From Haliotis rufescens (Eukaryota): a stretch of DNA of 64,000 nt. The position numbers and the translations under genes are program-made. Shown one piece after another: positions 39,376 to 52,122 of this stretch; the stretch's first letter is position 1; each line of letters opens with the position of its first letter. Location of the stretch: assembly GCF_023055435.1 (NCBI RefSeq), contig NW_025963957.1, forward strand, positions 3,658,001-3,722,000. Direction: 5' to 3'. The notes under the pieces are model-generated. The model was not told the origin of the DNA, did no database searches, and saw only the letters and a list, made by a program, of their open reading frames with translations.

Positions 39376-39579
39376 AGATAGGTGACACAGTGATGTTCGC
39401 TATTCATGCCTAAGGTCTGGGTTTGATTCCCATACGAGGGCAATGTGAGAAGCCCATTTCCGGTGTTCCCCACTGTGATAAAAATGTCACTCACTCACTC
39501 ACTCACTCACTCACTCACTCACTCACTCACTCACTCACTCACTCACTCACTCACTCACTCACTCACTCACTCACTCACT
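39376..39579 (+). mobile_element. Degenerate SINE family A with expanded (CACT)n microsatellite
   Basis: GGGTTTGATTCCC...GAAGCCCATTTCCGGTG, followed by about 23 CACT units. Confidence 0.8.
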
Positions 39580-39786
39580 TGTACTAATTTCTTTCTTGCA
39601 TTCAATAGTCTGTAGAAAATAATTCTAACAGATGCTGTGTAAAGTCTGTGTACAGACACAGTGTCAGAAGTTATCTTGGAGCCCTTGTTAATGGTTTTTG
39701 TTTTGAAAATGATGGATTTAGGGGTGTTAGGTTGTTTTTGAAAATCAATGTCTTGCATGGAATAAATAACATTATTCAGCTAAGTG

Positions 39787-39990
39787 ACACTCACTCACTC
39801 ACTCACTCACTCACTCACTCACTCACTCACTCACTCACTCACTTACTCACTCACTCACTCACACACTCGCTCGCCCATCCACTCACTCAGTAGGGTAGCC
39901 TAGTGGTTGAAGTGTACACTCATGACAACGAAGCCATTGGTTTGATTCCTGACTTGGCTACAATCGTCATGATGTTGCTGGAATATTGCG
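39787..39990 (+). repeat. (CACT)n microsatellite followed by a family A SINE fragment
   Basis: CACT run, then GGGTAGCCTAGTGGTT...TGCTGGAATATTGC. Confidence 0.75.
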
Positions 39991-40730
39991 TGACATCAGA
40001 CAATTATAACCCAACCTCATAAGGATATGTTTGTATTGGTTTGTTTTCTCCAGACATTCATCTTAATGCCACATTTATCCTTGAAGAATAAATAATCTTA
40101 CAGCCTGTACCACAAACATAGCTGTACTTTCAGGTCGTATTCTCCTTGAAATACATGAGAGTGTAGTAAGGCTCTTCACTTTCTTGACATATGGCCAAGT
40201 TTGAGAGCTTGGTGCCATGGTGTTTACTCCTCCTTTCTGAGTGTTTGGAATGCATTGGGATTGAGATATTTATGTAATGACAAGATCACCTGTGATTGAC
40301 AGGGGTTGGCTATTGCTCAGTCGGTTGTCTCAGGCTTGGGTCAGAAAGTAGGTCAGTCAGCCTTTACAAAATCAAAATGATAGCAAGCTAAATTGAATCA
40401 TTGACGCAAGTAGTTGAGATCAGTCAGAGCCCATTCCTTCTATAAACCAATACAAGGAAAAATGTGACCAAGAACATGTTTGTAGCATTGGGACTCCTGT
40501 ATTTTTCAGTGGGGGGTGTTTTTTTGTTACAGTTCAGTTCGTGCTAATAGAAGATGCTGAGGAAAGTTTAATGGGAGTAAATGTTGCTGAATTAACACTG
40601 CATTTGCAATCTGCAGCCCTTTATGACAGGTGAAGGGACCAGTTCAAGACTGATGTGGAAATATATACTTATTTTCTTGTGGTTTTATAAGGTTTGAAAC
40701 ATTAGACCTCCATCACCATAACACAGACAA

Positions 40731-40813
40731 TCACTCACTCACTCACTCACTCACTCACTCACTCACTCACTCACTCACTCACTCACTCACTCACTCACTC
40801 ACTCACTCACTCA
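40731..40813. repeat. (CACT)n microsatellite
   Basis: Pure tetranucleotide run. Confidence 0.95.
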
Positions 40814-40841
40814 CGCACGCCTTTATGTTATTATATATATA

Positions 40842-41035
40842 GTTTGTTGTTGAGCGCCGCACTCAGCAATATCCCAGGTATATGACGGCGGCCTGTAAAT
40901 AAATGGGTCTGGACTAGACAATCCAGTGACTGATACTGTGAACAACGATCCACGCCGTTCAAGTACCACCCAATCTATTTGGTTGCCTGTTTAGTCTTAT
41001 GGCCAGTTGCTAGGGACCAATTGTAGCGCTGAAGT
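40842..41035 (-). mobile_element. Degenerate family B retroposon
   Basis: GCGCCGCACTCAGCAATATCCCAG...GACAATCCAGTGA. Confidence 0.75.
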
Positions 41036-42015
41036 TCAATACATAGGGTTATTGTATCATATCTCGGTATACCAATTCTACTCATGCCGTTCATTTCCAG
41101 ACTATAAATATGAAAATTAGAGACGTTTTTATGGGCCTGAATCGTAAATCCCCTGGAAAGTTAATTTTTCAGATACAAATCATGCATGTAAATTTCCCCC
41201 TTCCACCTGAAACTTAAGGAATTAGGATTTTTATTGGACGTCCAACTTTTGAATTGGTCCCTAGAGATCCTTGCTGCTTCAAAGTGTTGGCCGATCTGGA
41301 GCAGCATGCCGTTGTTCCCATCCTTGGGGATTATTGATGAAAATATTCCCTTGCACGATCCATTTAACACGTTCCATAACTGATACGCTTTTATTTTGAG
41401 ACACTGCTTCCAATACACTGCTATTGAGAGCCATGTGGAATCAGGAAATTATCTGTCTTAGACAGTTGATTTTGGCAGACAGACCAATCTCTGGTATAAA
41501 CTAGCTGGAGTATATCTCCCAGTGCTTCAGTATTGCAGCCATGGAGTTAGGTAGTCAGAATTATTGTTATCCCATTTGTTAGCAAATTGAAGAAAAACTT
41601 CATTTTGTTTTCTATCCTGAAGGAAGTGGCGCTGATTGTTTGGAATCAATGTTAACCCTGTGCGGTTGCTAGGGCAGAATAGCCCTCCTAGTCCATGCTT
41701 GTCAGGAGAGCCAAAAGGAAGATGTAAAAGGGGTTTGCAGCCTATGACTTCAGCCATTAGTCCAAAGCCTGAGCCCAGTAAACGTTCCATATAATAAGCT
41801 CAGAAATATTAGTAAATGTAACACTAAAATTGACTTAAAATGATGCATAGGGCCAAGTTCGGGCTCATGGCTACAAAGGTTTTGGTTGGGTTAAAATGTA
41901 GGATCTTGCTGGTTATCTAATGGCTTGGATCATTGCTTGTTCTATTATTTAGATCACTGGTTTGCCTGCTCCAGATTATTTACTGGTTGTTGTGATATGT
42001 TTCTGTCATATTCCT

Positions 42016-42702
42016 GGGGCTGTGGGGTAGCCTAGTGGTTAGGGTGTTCGACTCCCCACATGGGTACACATCTTCCCGAGGCAAGAGAGTTAACTCACTT
42101 TAAAAGTCCTGGTAGGTTTCCACCCTTGCCGAACTAGCCTGGTATTATGGAGTTACATTTTGGCTGGACTAACGAGTCTATGCATAGTCCAATCAAAATT
42201 GCGCAACGAAATCAAAATCCGTTTCATACACTGTTGTGCATATTTCGGTTGATTGCAGGATTTGCAAAGCATGTGCACTGCCAACACGTTGTCAAAAGAT
42301 ATTTACCATGTTTTTAATCAGTATGCTCACATGATTTGATGCACTTCGCTATGTAAGACCTGTTATATTACAATATAGATCTTTGATTATTGATCAGATC
42401 GTCTTGACTGGGCACAGCCAATTTGTTTAAAGCAAATGCAAGTGGTACGAGAGGTGGAATCTCATTGGTCCTTAGGAGAGGTTTAGAAGGGACATAACTT
42501 GTAATTACCACTGGTAGCATACGATCGAGCCCATGAATACCAGCCTAGTTTGGCAAGGGTGGAAACTGGACTTTTAAAGTCAGTTAACTCTCTTGCCTCA
42601 GGAAGATGATGGGTACAATGAGTTAAGCCCATTTTCCGGTGTTTCACGCCGTGATATTGCTGGAATATTGCAAAAAGCTGCGTAAAACCATACTCACTCA
42701 CT
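42016..42702 (+). mobile_element. SINE family A split by a DNA transposon insertion
   Basis: Head 42016-42068 and tail 42618-42702 rejoin into the family consensus at ATGGGTACA. Confidence 0.88.
42069..42608. mobile_element. 540-bp MITE, TIR of about 80 bp, 9-bp TSD (Mutator-like or unclassified)
   Basis: CATCTTCCCGAGGCAAGAGAGTTAACT.../...AGTTAACTCTCTTGCCTCAGGAAGATG; TSD ATGGGTACA at 42060-42068 and 42609-42617. Confidence 0.92.
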
Positions 42703-43089
42703 CTCTCTATAATATTCCTGTCTTTGGAGTGAAACTGCAAACAAAAACTGAGAATAAAAGAAATTCCATCTGAGAAGCCAGAATTTTAACATGCGATTTG
42801 AAAGTGGGTTCTAATCAGGTAAAAATTTAATAGGTTTACTGAAATAAAAAGTCATTATTTGAATTGTGCTTTGTAATAATAAAATCATTATGAATAATTA
42901 TTTAAAGTGTTTGTGTTAACTGGAAACGAAAAATTTAAATATTTTATGTTTTGAGAAATGGTTATATGAAATCAATTTCCTGATTTCATTTCAAATTGAA
43001 ATTGACTTTTGTATTATTGCTAACCGAAAGTGCATGCTTGTATGTTTCAACTGTGATCGCCAAATTCACTTCAATAAACCATTATGGCC

Positions 43090-43255
43090 ATGGAAAAGTT
43101 TCTCCGAAAAAGGTCTGCCAAAGGCCAACCTAGGAAATATTTAGTGCTAAGTGTCTAGCGGCATGTACGAGGACGGAGGAAAACATTTTTGCAAAGTGTG
43201 CAATATTGTTATCGATCATACTCGGAAGAGTACGATTAGTGATCATGTAACAAAA
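43090..43255 (+). pseudogene. Frameshifted N-terminal fragment of a CGGBP1-like (hAT transposase) zinc finger
   Basis: MEKFLRKRSAKGQPRKY, frameshift, then GMYEDGGKHFCKVCNIVIDHTRKSTISDHVTK. Resembles CGGBP1 LHEDGGKLFCTSCNVVLNHVRKSAISDHL. Confidence 0.8.
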
Positions 43256-44497
43256 TATTTTTAAAAAACAATTGTGAAAATGAAATAGTCGTTTTTTATG
43301 TGGTTTACTGTTGTGTCATTTCATTTGTGAAAACTTGGCTTAAAAGTTGACATAATGTTGTGCAGAATAATCTAAAATTAACAGCAGAATTTGCAATAAT
43401 TGACAGAATTGCAGTGGAATACAACTAGGACTGAATTCACTCATGTCATGATCTCATATTTCATAATGCAGATTGACCCTTTTTATGATCCTTGGTTTGT
43501 GAGAATATGTACGTATGGGTTTCACCAGCGTGGTAAGTCCTCCACACACTCACCCTCTCTGTAACCACCTTCAGATTACAGGGGAGACTGGATGTGGCAT
43601 GTCAAGGTGCCCCGACAGTGTGGAACGTTGCTCACAATATCAATCACTGGATTTGCTGCTGCACATAGAATTTTTCCAGTTACATGTGAACAATCAAGTC
43701 TGGAACAGACAATCCAGGGATTATTATTGTGATGTGATCAATCGTGAGAAGTTTACATGAACTATCACTCAGATTAGTTTGTGTTCAAAAGAAGATTCGT
43801 GAAATGTGAAATACCAAATACATAGCGAAGCGTTTCCAGCAGAGTTTGAAGTGTTGTAGACAGATAAGAGTTACGTCCCTTTGATATGGCATATCCGTTT
43901 GATATTTAGGTGGGAAAATGGCCACATTCATGCGCTTATGAGTGCAGTTGAGATTTTTAAATTTTATTTTTTTTACCACCGACATTGTAAGAACAAAAGA
44001 AAATATAGTAAAGCAACTAAAAAAGAATCGCCTTAGCAGCAATCCAGACTGTAGGACAATACGCAATCAACCAAGTCACCGAGTCTGACCACCCGATTCA
44101 TTTGGTTGCCTCTTACAACCAGCACGGGCTGTTACCACGGGACCTAGTCACACCTGGAGTCCCATTGGCGGTCAATCAATGTGTAATTTGGAAAAAAACT
44201 CATAGAAAATTTACTGATTAACAATATTGTTTCATTATGTCCATCAATAGTGTGGCATGATGTATTGACATCAGATTGTGGACATTCAGATGAATCGATA
44301 GGGTAATGGTCATTGCACCCTTAATGCTGTCCACTGTAGTCAACACTACTCTCTCCTACAGACAGTTACGATAAGGAATTGTTCGTTCCCATTTTGAAAA
44401 CATGATGGTAGATCCAAATGAACATGTTAAATGCCTTTTAGTATTGCATAATAACCAGTCCTTGTCAGTAGCCTCTGAAACACTGTTTGTTTACCGC

Positions 44498-47400
44498 CAT
44501 TCATCAGCTTCCATCAATACCCTTTAATCATAGTAAAGGCACGAAAACCATAATAACTGGAGACAAGGCTATTATTTTATGCCCATGACCATATCTCCAA
44601 GCAACTAGCTATTATAACCCCGATTATTTATTGGCATGTTGAATATCTGAGTTGCTTAACCCTTGCAGGCTGTGGTCCCAGTTAACCCCTTCTGGGTGGA
44701 GAAGATGGGTCACCTTAGAAGTCTTTATATTCTGTAAACTCAAATCAATACTTTTCTCTTATGCAGCCTGTGTGCTTCCACAGAGGGGTTAATAGCAATC
44801 CGAAGTGTTTGCAAGGAGAAATTGCTGCCTCAGCAAACATTTTATGTGAATCTGTAGATTAAAATGAACTCTGTGGAGTGATCGCAACATAAAGGAAGAG
44901 ACTGTGAAACTGTATGTGGCATTGACTGTGGAGATGTATCGGTCGCGGAGTGTTCTGCCTCCATATAGGGTGGCAAAGACAGAGGACGAGAGGAATGATT
45001 TAATTTAGAAAATGTTGGGAGAACATGTGAGATGTTGTTTAGTGTAATGGAGAAATGTGTCTGATTGCGATGATTTGAAATTGGCTTGATTCTAGCCTGT
45101 CAGTTGACATGTTAGCTGTGTCTTCTTCCAATGTCTGGCAGTGACACTGTAACTGGTGTTCTGGTATCATCTGTGTGACGGATTTGATGGATCCATGGGG
45201 ATTCAGGGATCGAAGGTGTACCCAGTATCCATGCTTGACCTGACAGTCAGCTGTCTCATGGGGATTCAGGGATAGGAGAGGTCCCCAGTATCCATGCTTG
45301 ACCTGACAGTCAGCTGTCTCATGGGGATTCAAGGATAGGAGAGGTCCCCAGTATCCATGCTTGACCTGACAGTCAGCTGTCTCATGGAGATTCAGGGATA
45401 GGAGAGGTCCCCAGTATCCATGCTTGACCTGACAGTCAGCTGTCTCATGGAGATTCAGGGATAGGAGAGATCCCCAGTATCCATGCTTGACCTGACAGTC
45501 AGCTGTCTCATGGGGATTCAGGGATAGGAGAGGTCCCCAGTATCCATGCTTGACCTGACAGTCAGCTGTCTCATGGAGATTCAGGGATAGGAGAGGTCCC
45601 CAGTATCCATGCTTGACCTGACAGTCAGCTGTCTCATGGAGATTCAGGGATAGAAGAGGCCCCAGTATCCATGCTTGACCTGTCAGATTAGACTCTCCTT
45701 GAGATTCAGGGATAGGAGAGGCCCCAGTGTACATGCTTGACCTGTCAGTCAGCTGTCTCATGGGGATTCAGGGATAGGAGAGGTCCCCAGTATCCATGCT
45801 TGACCTGACAGTCAGCTGTCTCATGGGGATTCAGGGATAGGAGAGGCCCCCAGTATCCATGCTTGACCTGACAGTCAGCTGTCTCATGGAGATTCAGGGA
45901 TAGAAGAGGCCCCAGTATCCATGCTTGACCTGACAGTCAGCTGTCTCATGGGGATTCAGGGATAGAAGAGGCCCCAGTATCCATGCTTGACCTGACAGTC
46001 AGCTGTCTCATGGGGATTCAGGGATAGGAGAGGCCCCCAGTATCCATGCTTGACCTGACAGTCAGCTGTCTCATGGGGATTCAGGGATAGAAGAGGCCCC
46101 AGTATCCATGCTTGACCTGTCAGATTAGACTCTCCTTGAGATTCAGGGATAGGAGAGGCCCCAGTGTACATGCTTGACCTGTCAGATTAGACTCTCCTGG
46201 AGATTCAGGGATAGGAGAGGTCCCCAGTATCCATGCTTGACCTGACAGTCAGCTGTCTCATGGAGATTCATGGATAGGAGAGGTCCCCAGTGTCCATGCT
46301 TGACCTGACAGTCAGCTGTCTCATGGGGATTCAGGGATAGGAGAGGTCCCCAGTATCACTGCTTGACCTGACAGTCAGCTGTCTCATGGGGATTCAGGGA
46401 TAAGAGAGGACCCCAGTATCCATGCTTGACCTGACAGTCAGCTGTCATTCATCAGCTTCCATCAATACCCTTTAATCATAGTAATGGCACGAAAACCATA
46501 ATAACTGGAGACTGAGGATATTATTTAATGCCCATGACCATATCTCCAAGCAACTAGCTATTATAACCCTGACTATTTATTGGCATGTTGAATATCTGAA
46601 TTGCTTAACCCTTGCAGGCTGTGGACCCAGTTAACCCTTCTGGGTGGAGAAGATGGGTCACCTTAGAAGTCTTTATATTCTGTAAACTCAAATCAATACT
46701 TTTCTCTTATGCAGCCTGTGTGCTTCCACAGAGGGGTTAATAGCAATCCGAAGTGTTCACAAGGAGAAATTGCTGCCTCAGCAAACATTTTATGTGAATC
46801 TGTAGATTAAAAAGAACTCTGTGGAGTGATTGCAGCATAAAGGAAGAGACTGAAACTGTATGTGGCATTGACTGTGGAAATGTATCGGTCGCGGAGTGTT
46901 CTGCCTCCATATAGGGTGGCAAAGACAGAGGACGAGAGGAATGATTTAATTTAGAAAATGTTGGGAGAACATGTGAGATGTTGTTTAGTGTAATGGAGAA
47001 ATGTGTCTGATTGCGATGATTTGATATTGGCTTGATTCTAGCCTGTCAGTTGACATGTTAGCTGTGTCTTCTTCCAATGTCTGGCAGTGACACTGTAACT
47101 GGTGTTCTGGTATCATCTGTGTGACGGATTTGATGGATCCATGGGGATTCAGGGATAGAAGGTGTACCCAGTATCCATGCTTGACCTGACAGTCAGCTGT
47201 CTCATGGGGATTCAGGGATAGAAGGTGTACCCAGTATCCATGCTTGACCTGACAGTCAGCTGTCTCATGGAGATTCAGGGATAGGAGAGGTCCCCAGTAT
47301 CCATGCTTGACCTGACAGTCAGCTGTCTCATGGGGATTCAGGGATAGGAGAGGTCCCCAGTATCCATGCTTGACCTGACAGTCAGCTGTCTCATGGGGAT

Positions 47401-50400
47401 TCAGGGATAGGAGAGGCCCCCAGTATTCATGCTTGACCTGACAGTCAGCTGTCTCATGGAGATTCAGGGATAGGAGAGATCCCCAGTATTCATGCTTGAC
47501 CTGACAGTCAGCTGTCTCATGGAGATTCAGGGATAGGAGAGGTCCCCAGTATCCATGCTTGACCTGACAGTCAGCTGTCTCATGGAGATTCATGGATAGG
47601 AGAGGTCCCCAGTGTCCATGCTTGACCTGACAGTCAGCTGTCTCATGGGGATTCAGGGATAGGAGAGGTCCCCAGTATCACTGCTTGACCTGACAGTCAG
47701 CTGTCTCATGGGGATTCAGGGATAAGAGAGGACCCCAGTATCCATGCTTGACCTGACAGTCAGCTGTCATTCATCAGCTTCAATCAATACCCTTTAATCA
47801 TAGTAATGGCACGAAAACCATAATAACTGGAGACTGAGGATATTATTTAATGCCCATGACCATATCTCCAAGCAACTAGCTATTATAACCCTGACTATTT
47901 ATTGGCATGTTGAATATCTGAATTGCTTAACCCTTGCAGGCTGTGGACCCAGTTAACCCCTTCTGGGTGGAGAAGATGGGTCACCTTAGAAGTCTTTATA
48001 TTCTGTAAACTCAAATCAATATTTTTCTCTTATGCAGCCTGTGTGCTTCCACAGAGGGGTTAATAGCAATCCGAAGTGTTCACAAGGAGAAATTGCTGCC
48101 TCAGCAAACATTTTATGTGAATCTGTAGATTAAAAAGAACTCTGTGGAGTGATCGCAGCATAAAGGAAGAGACTGAAACTGTATGTGGCATTGACTGTGG
48201 AAATGTATCGGTCGCGGAGTGTTCTGCCTCCATATAGGGTGGCAAAGACAGAGGACGAGAGGAATGATTTAATTTAGAAAATGTTGGGAGAACATGTGAG
48301 ATGTTGTTTAGTGTAATGGAGAAATGTGTCTGATTGCGATGATTTGAAATTGGCTTGATTCTAGCCTGTCAGTTGACATGTTAGCTGTGTCTTCTTCCAA
48401 TGTCTGGCAGTGACACTGTAACTTGTGTTCTGGTATCATCTGTGTGACGGATTTGATGGATCCATGGGGATTCAGGGATAGAAGGTGTACCCAGTATCCA
48501 TGCTTGACCTGACAGTCAGCTGTCTCATGGGGATTCAGGGATAGAAGGTGTACCCAGTATCCATGCTTGACCTGACAGTCAGCTGTCTCATGGAGATTCA
48601 TGGATAGGAGAGGTCCCCAGTGTCCATGCTTGACCTGACAGTCAGCTGTCTCATGGGGATTCAGGGATAGGAGAGGTCCCCAGTATCACTGCTTGACCTG
48701 ACAGTCAGCTGTCTCATGGGGATTCAGGGATAAGAGAGGACCCCAGTATCCATGCTTGACCTGACAGTCAGCTGTCATTCATCAGCTTCAATCAATACCC
48801 TTTAATCATAGTAATGGCACGAAAACCATAATAACTGGAGACTGAGGATATTATTTAATGCCCATGACCATATCTCCAAGCAACTAGCTATTATAACCCT
48901 GACTATTTATTGGCATGTTGAATATCTGAATTGCTTAACCCTTGCAGGCTGTGGACCCAGTTAACCCCTTCTGGGTGGAGAAGATGGGTCACCTTAGAAG
49001 TCTTTATATTCTGTAAACTCAAATCAATATTTTTCTCTTATGCAGCCTGTGTGCTTCCACAGAGGGGTTAATAGCAATCCGAAGTGTTCACAAGGAGAAA
49101 TTGCTGCCTCAGCAAACATTTTATGTGAATCTGTAGATTAAAAAGAACTCTGTGGAGTGATCGCAGCATAAAGGAAGAGACTGAAACTGTATGTGGCATT
49201 GACTGTGGAAATGTATCGGTCGCGGAGTGTTCTGCCTCCATATAGGGTGGCAAAGACAGAGGACGAGAGGAATGATTTAATTTAGAAAATGTTGGGAGAA
49301 CATGTGAGATGTTGTTTAGTGTAATGGAGAAATGTGTCTGATTGCGATGATTTGAAATTGGCTTGATTCTAGCCTGTCAGTTGACATGTTAGCTGTGTCT
49401 TCTTCCAATGTCTGGCAGTGACACTGTAACTTGTGTTCTGGTATCATCTGTGTGACGGATTTGATGGATCCATGGGGATTCAGGGATAGAAGGTGTACCC
49501 AGTATCCATGCTTGACCTGACAGTCAGCTGTCTCATGGGGATTCAGGGATAGAAGGTGTACCCAGTATCCATGCTTGACCTGACAGTCAGCTGTCTCATG
49601 GAGATTCAGGGATAGGAGAGGTCCCCAGTATCCATGCTTGACCTGACAGTCAGCTGTCTCATGGAGATTCAGGGATAGGAGAGGCCCCCAGTATCACTGC
49701 TTGACCTGACAGTCAGCTGTCTCATGGAGATTCAGGGATAGGAGAGGTCCCCAGTATCCATGCTTGACCTGACAGTCAGCTGTCTCATGGAGATTCAGGG
49801 ATAGGAGAGGTCCCTAGTATCCATGCTTGACCTGACAGTCAGCTGTCTCATGGGGATTCAGGGATAGAAGGTGTACCCAGTATCACTGCTTGACCTGACA
49901 GTCAGCTGTCTCATGGAGATTCAGGGATAGGAGAGGTCCCCAGTATCCATGCTTGACCTGACAGTCAGCTGTCTCATGGGGATTCAGGGATAGGAGAGGT
50001 CCCCAGTATCCATGCTTGACCTGACAGTCAGCTGTCTCATGGGGATTCAGGGATAGGAGAGGCCCCCAGTATTCATGCTCGACCTGACAGTCAGCTGTCT
50101 CATGGAGATTCAGGGATAGGAGAGATCCCCAGTATCCATGCTTGACCTGACAGTCAGCTGTCTCATGGAGATTCAGGGATAGGAGAGATCCCCAGTATTC
50201 ATGCTTGACCTGACAGTCAGCTGTCTCATGGAGATTCAGGGATAGGAGAGGTCCCCAGTATCCATGCTTGACCTGACAGTCAGCTGTCTCATGGGGATTC
50301 AGGGATAGGAGAGGCCCCCAGTATCACTGCTTGACCTGACAGTCAGCTGGCTCATGGGGATTCAGGGATAGGAGAGGTCCCCAGTATCCATGCTTGACCT

Positions 50401-50785
50401 GACAGTCAGCTGTCTCATGGGGATTCAGGGATAGGAGAGGCCCCCAGTATCCATGCTTGACCTGACAGTCAGCTGTCTCATGGGGATTCAGGGATAGGAG
50501 AGGCCCCCAGTATCCATGCTTGACCTGACAGTCAGCTGTCTCATGGGGATTCAGGGATAGGAGAGGCCCCCAGTATCCATGCTTGACCTGACAGTCAGCT
50601 GTCTCATGGGGATTCAGGGATAGGAGAGGCCCCCAGTATCACTGCTTGACCTGACAGTCAGCTGGCTCATGGGGATTCAGGGATAGGAGAGGTCCCCAGT
50701 ATCCATGCTTGACCTGACAGTCAGCTGTCTCATGGGGATTCAGGGATAGGAGAGGCCCCCAGTATCCATGCTTGACCTGACAGTT
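44498..50785. repeat. Composite tandem array: four blocks of about 695 bp alternating with tracts of a 63-bp minisatellite
   Basis: Blocks start at about 44498, 46446, 47768 and 48776. The 63-bp tracts have about 20, 10, 5 and 21 units. Confidence 0.96.
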
Positions 50786-51635
50786 TGACGCATCATATTG
50801 AGTCGACAACATCGTCAACGACGACTGCATTGCTGTCGTCAACACAGGGTATGGCCTCAAGTGCGATGGAGAGATGTCTGGTTCAGCGATGAATCAAGAT
50901 ATCTCTTCCTTCGGGGGGATGGAAGAGCACGAGTCTACAGACGTCAGGGAGAACGTTATGCCAGAAACTGTGTAAGGAAGTGGACAGGTTTGGTGGGGGT
51001 AGCGTTATGATGTGGGCGGCTATCTCTCATCATGGCCTGACAGGTTTGGTCCATATCCAGGGCAATCATACGGCTCAATGATACATCAACGAAATTCTAC
51101 CACACGTCCTCCCAATTGCAGCCAATGGCAACGGTGTATTCCAGCAGGACAATGCTCGGCCACATACAGCACAGATCACAAGAGCCTTTCTACACAACAA
51201 CAACAATGGTGTTCTCCCCTGGCCCTCCAGATCCCCGGATTTGAACTCGATAGAGCACCTATGGGTTGAATTGGATAGACGTCTACGCCAACGTCAACCA
51301 CAACTCCAGATGTTGCAGCAGTTGGCTTTTGCGTTGCAGGTCGAGTGGAATACCCTTCCCCAGGATGTGATTCACATACTCGTCTCTTCCATGGGCAGGA
51401 GATGTCAGGCTGCTATCGATTCCAACGGGGGACATATGCATTATTGATGGTAGCTGACCTTCACCTTGGACTTTTCCTATGTACTGATAACTGAGATAAC
51501 TACAATCACTAAGTGTTCTCTTCAATCACCAAGTGTATTTTGGCTCAATACCTTGTACGGTTCCTCGTATAAATGTATTTTCCTACCTCACACAAATCTG
51601 GCTTTGGGTTTCTTTTCTTTTTTAGAGCATATATT
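50786..51635 (+). pseudogene. 5'-truncated Tc1 (DD34E) transposon with disrupted transposase
   Basis: WRDVWFSDES, GGGSVMMWAAI, FQQDNARPH, WPSRSPDLNSIEHLW and GGHMHY*. 34 residues between D (51148) and E (51253). One frameshift near 50975 and a TGA at 51079. Probable right TIR ending near 51635. Confidence 0.95.
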
Positions 51636-51717
51636 ACTCCGTCTCTCTAGGGAAATACAAGATTTCTGACACTCATTTCGTAAAACCAGTATGACACACG
51701 TGCTCGTATAATAATCT

Positions 51718-51979
51718 CACCTATGAAGATCCTGGGTAAAATGGGTCTTAAGCTTGCTGTAAAAGGCGACTATGCTTGTCTTGAGAGGCGACTAATGGGG
51801 TCGGGTGGTCAGGCTCGCTGACTTAGTTGATGCATGTCATCATATCTCAATTGCATGGATCGATGCTCATGATGTCAATCACTGGATTGTCTGGTCGTCT
51901 AGTATCGATTATTTGCAGACGGCCGTCATAAAGCTGGAATATTGCTGAGTGCAGTGTTAACACACTAACAAACAAAACT
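51718..51979 (+). mobile_element. Short retroposon family B
   Basis: ACCTATGAAGATCCTGGG...duplicated AGGCGACTA motif...GCTGGAATATTGCTGAGTGC...AAACAAA. Confidence 0.9.
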
Positions 51980-52071
51980 GTATCTACACGTTGGTCTTTA
52001 CATGCAGTTGGATGTTCAGAATGGAAATGCATGGAGACAAATGTCCACTGAGAGTGTTTGTATTGTTTCAG

Positions 52072-52122
52072 GAAGTGCAACATCCCGGGGCAGTACCAGG
52101 TCCAACACTCTCAGCCCTAATG
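52072..52122 (+). CDS. CYB5R4: CYB5R4 51-nt linker exon C
   Basis: Acceptor ttgtttcag|, donor G|gtgagt. Translates (G)SATSRGSTRSNTLSPN. Phase 1-1, compatible with both neighbours. Identified by splice signals and frame, not by homology. Confidence 0.75.

Noticed and set aside
46425-46460. Hammerhead ribozyme on the minus strand (CTGATGA followed by the TGACAG/CTGTCA hairpin; similar at 44475-44510 and 56205-56240)
   Set aside because: GAAA is missing or misplaced after stem II, and stems I and III cannot be formed.
45039-48601. 240-, 202- and 97-aa ORFs with HETADCQVKHGYWGPLLSLN repeats
   Set aside because: Read-through of the 63-bp minisatellite; 62-bp variants break the frame.
44498-50785. 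CRISPR-like repeat/spacer array
   Set aside because: The intervening blocks are copies of each other, not unique spacers. The context is a eukaryotic intron with no cas genes. The other arrays have no spacers at all.
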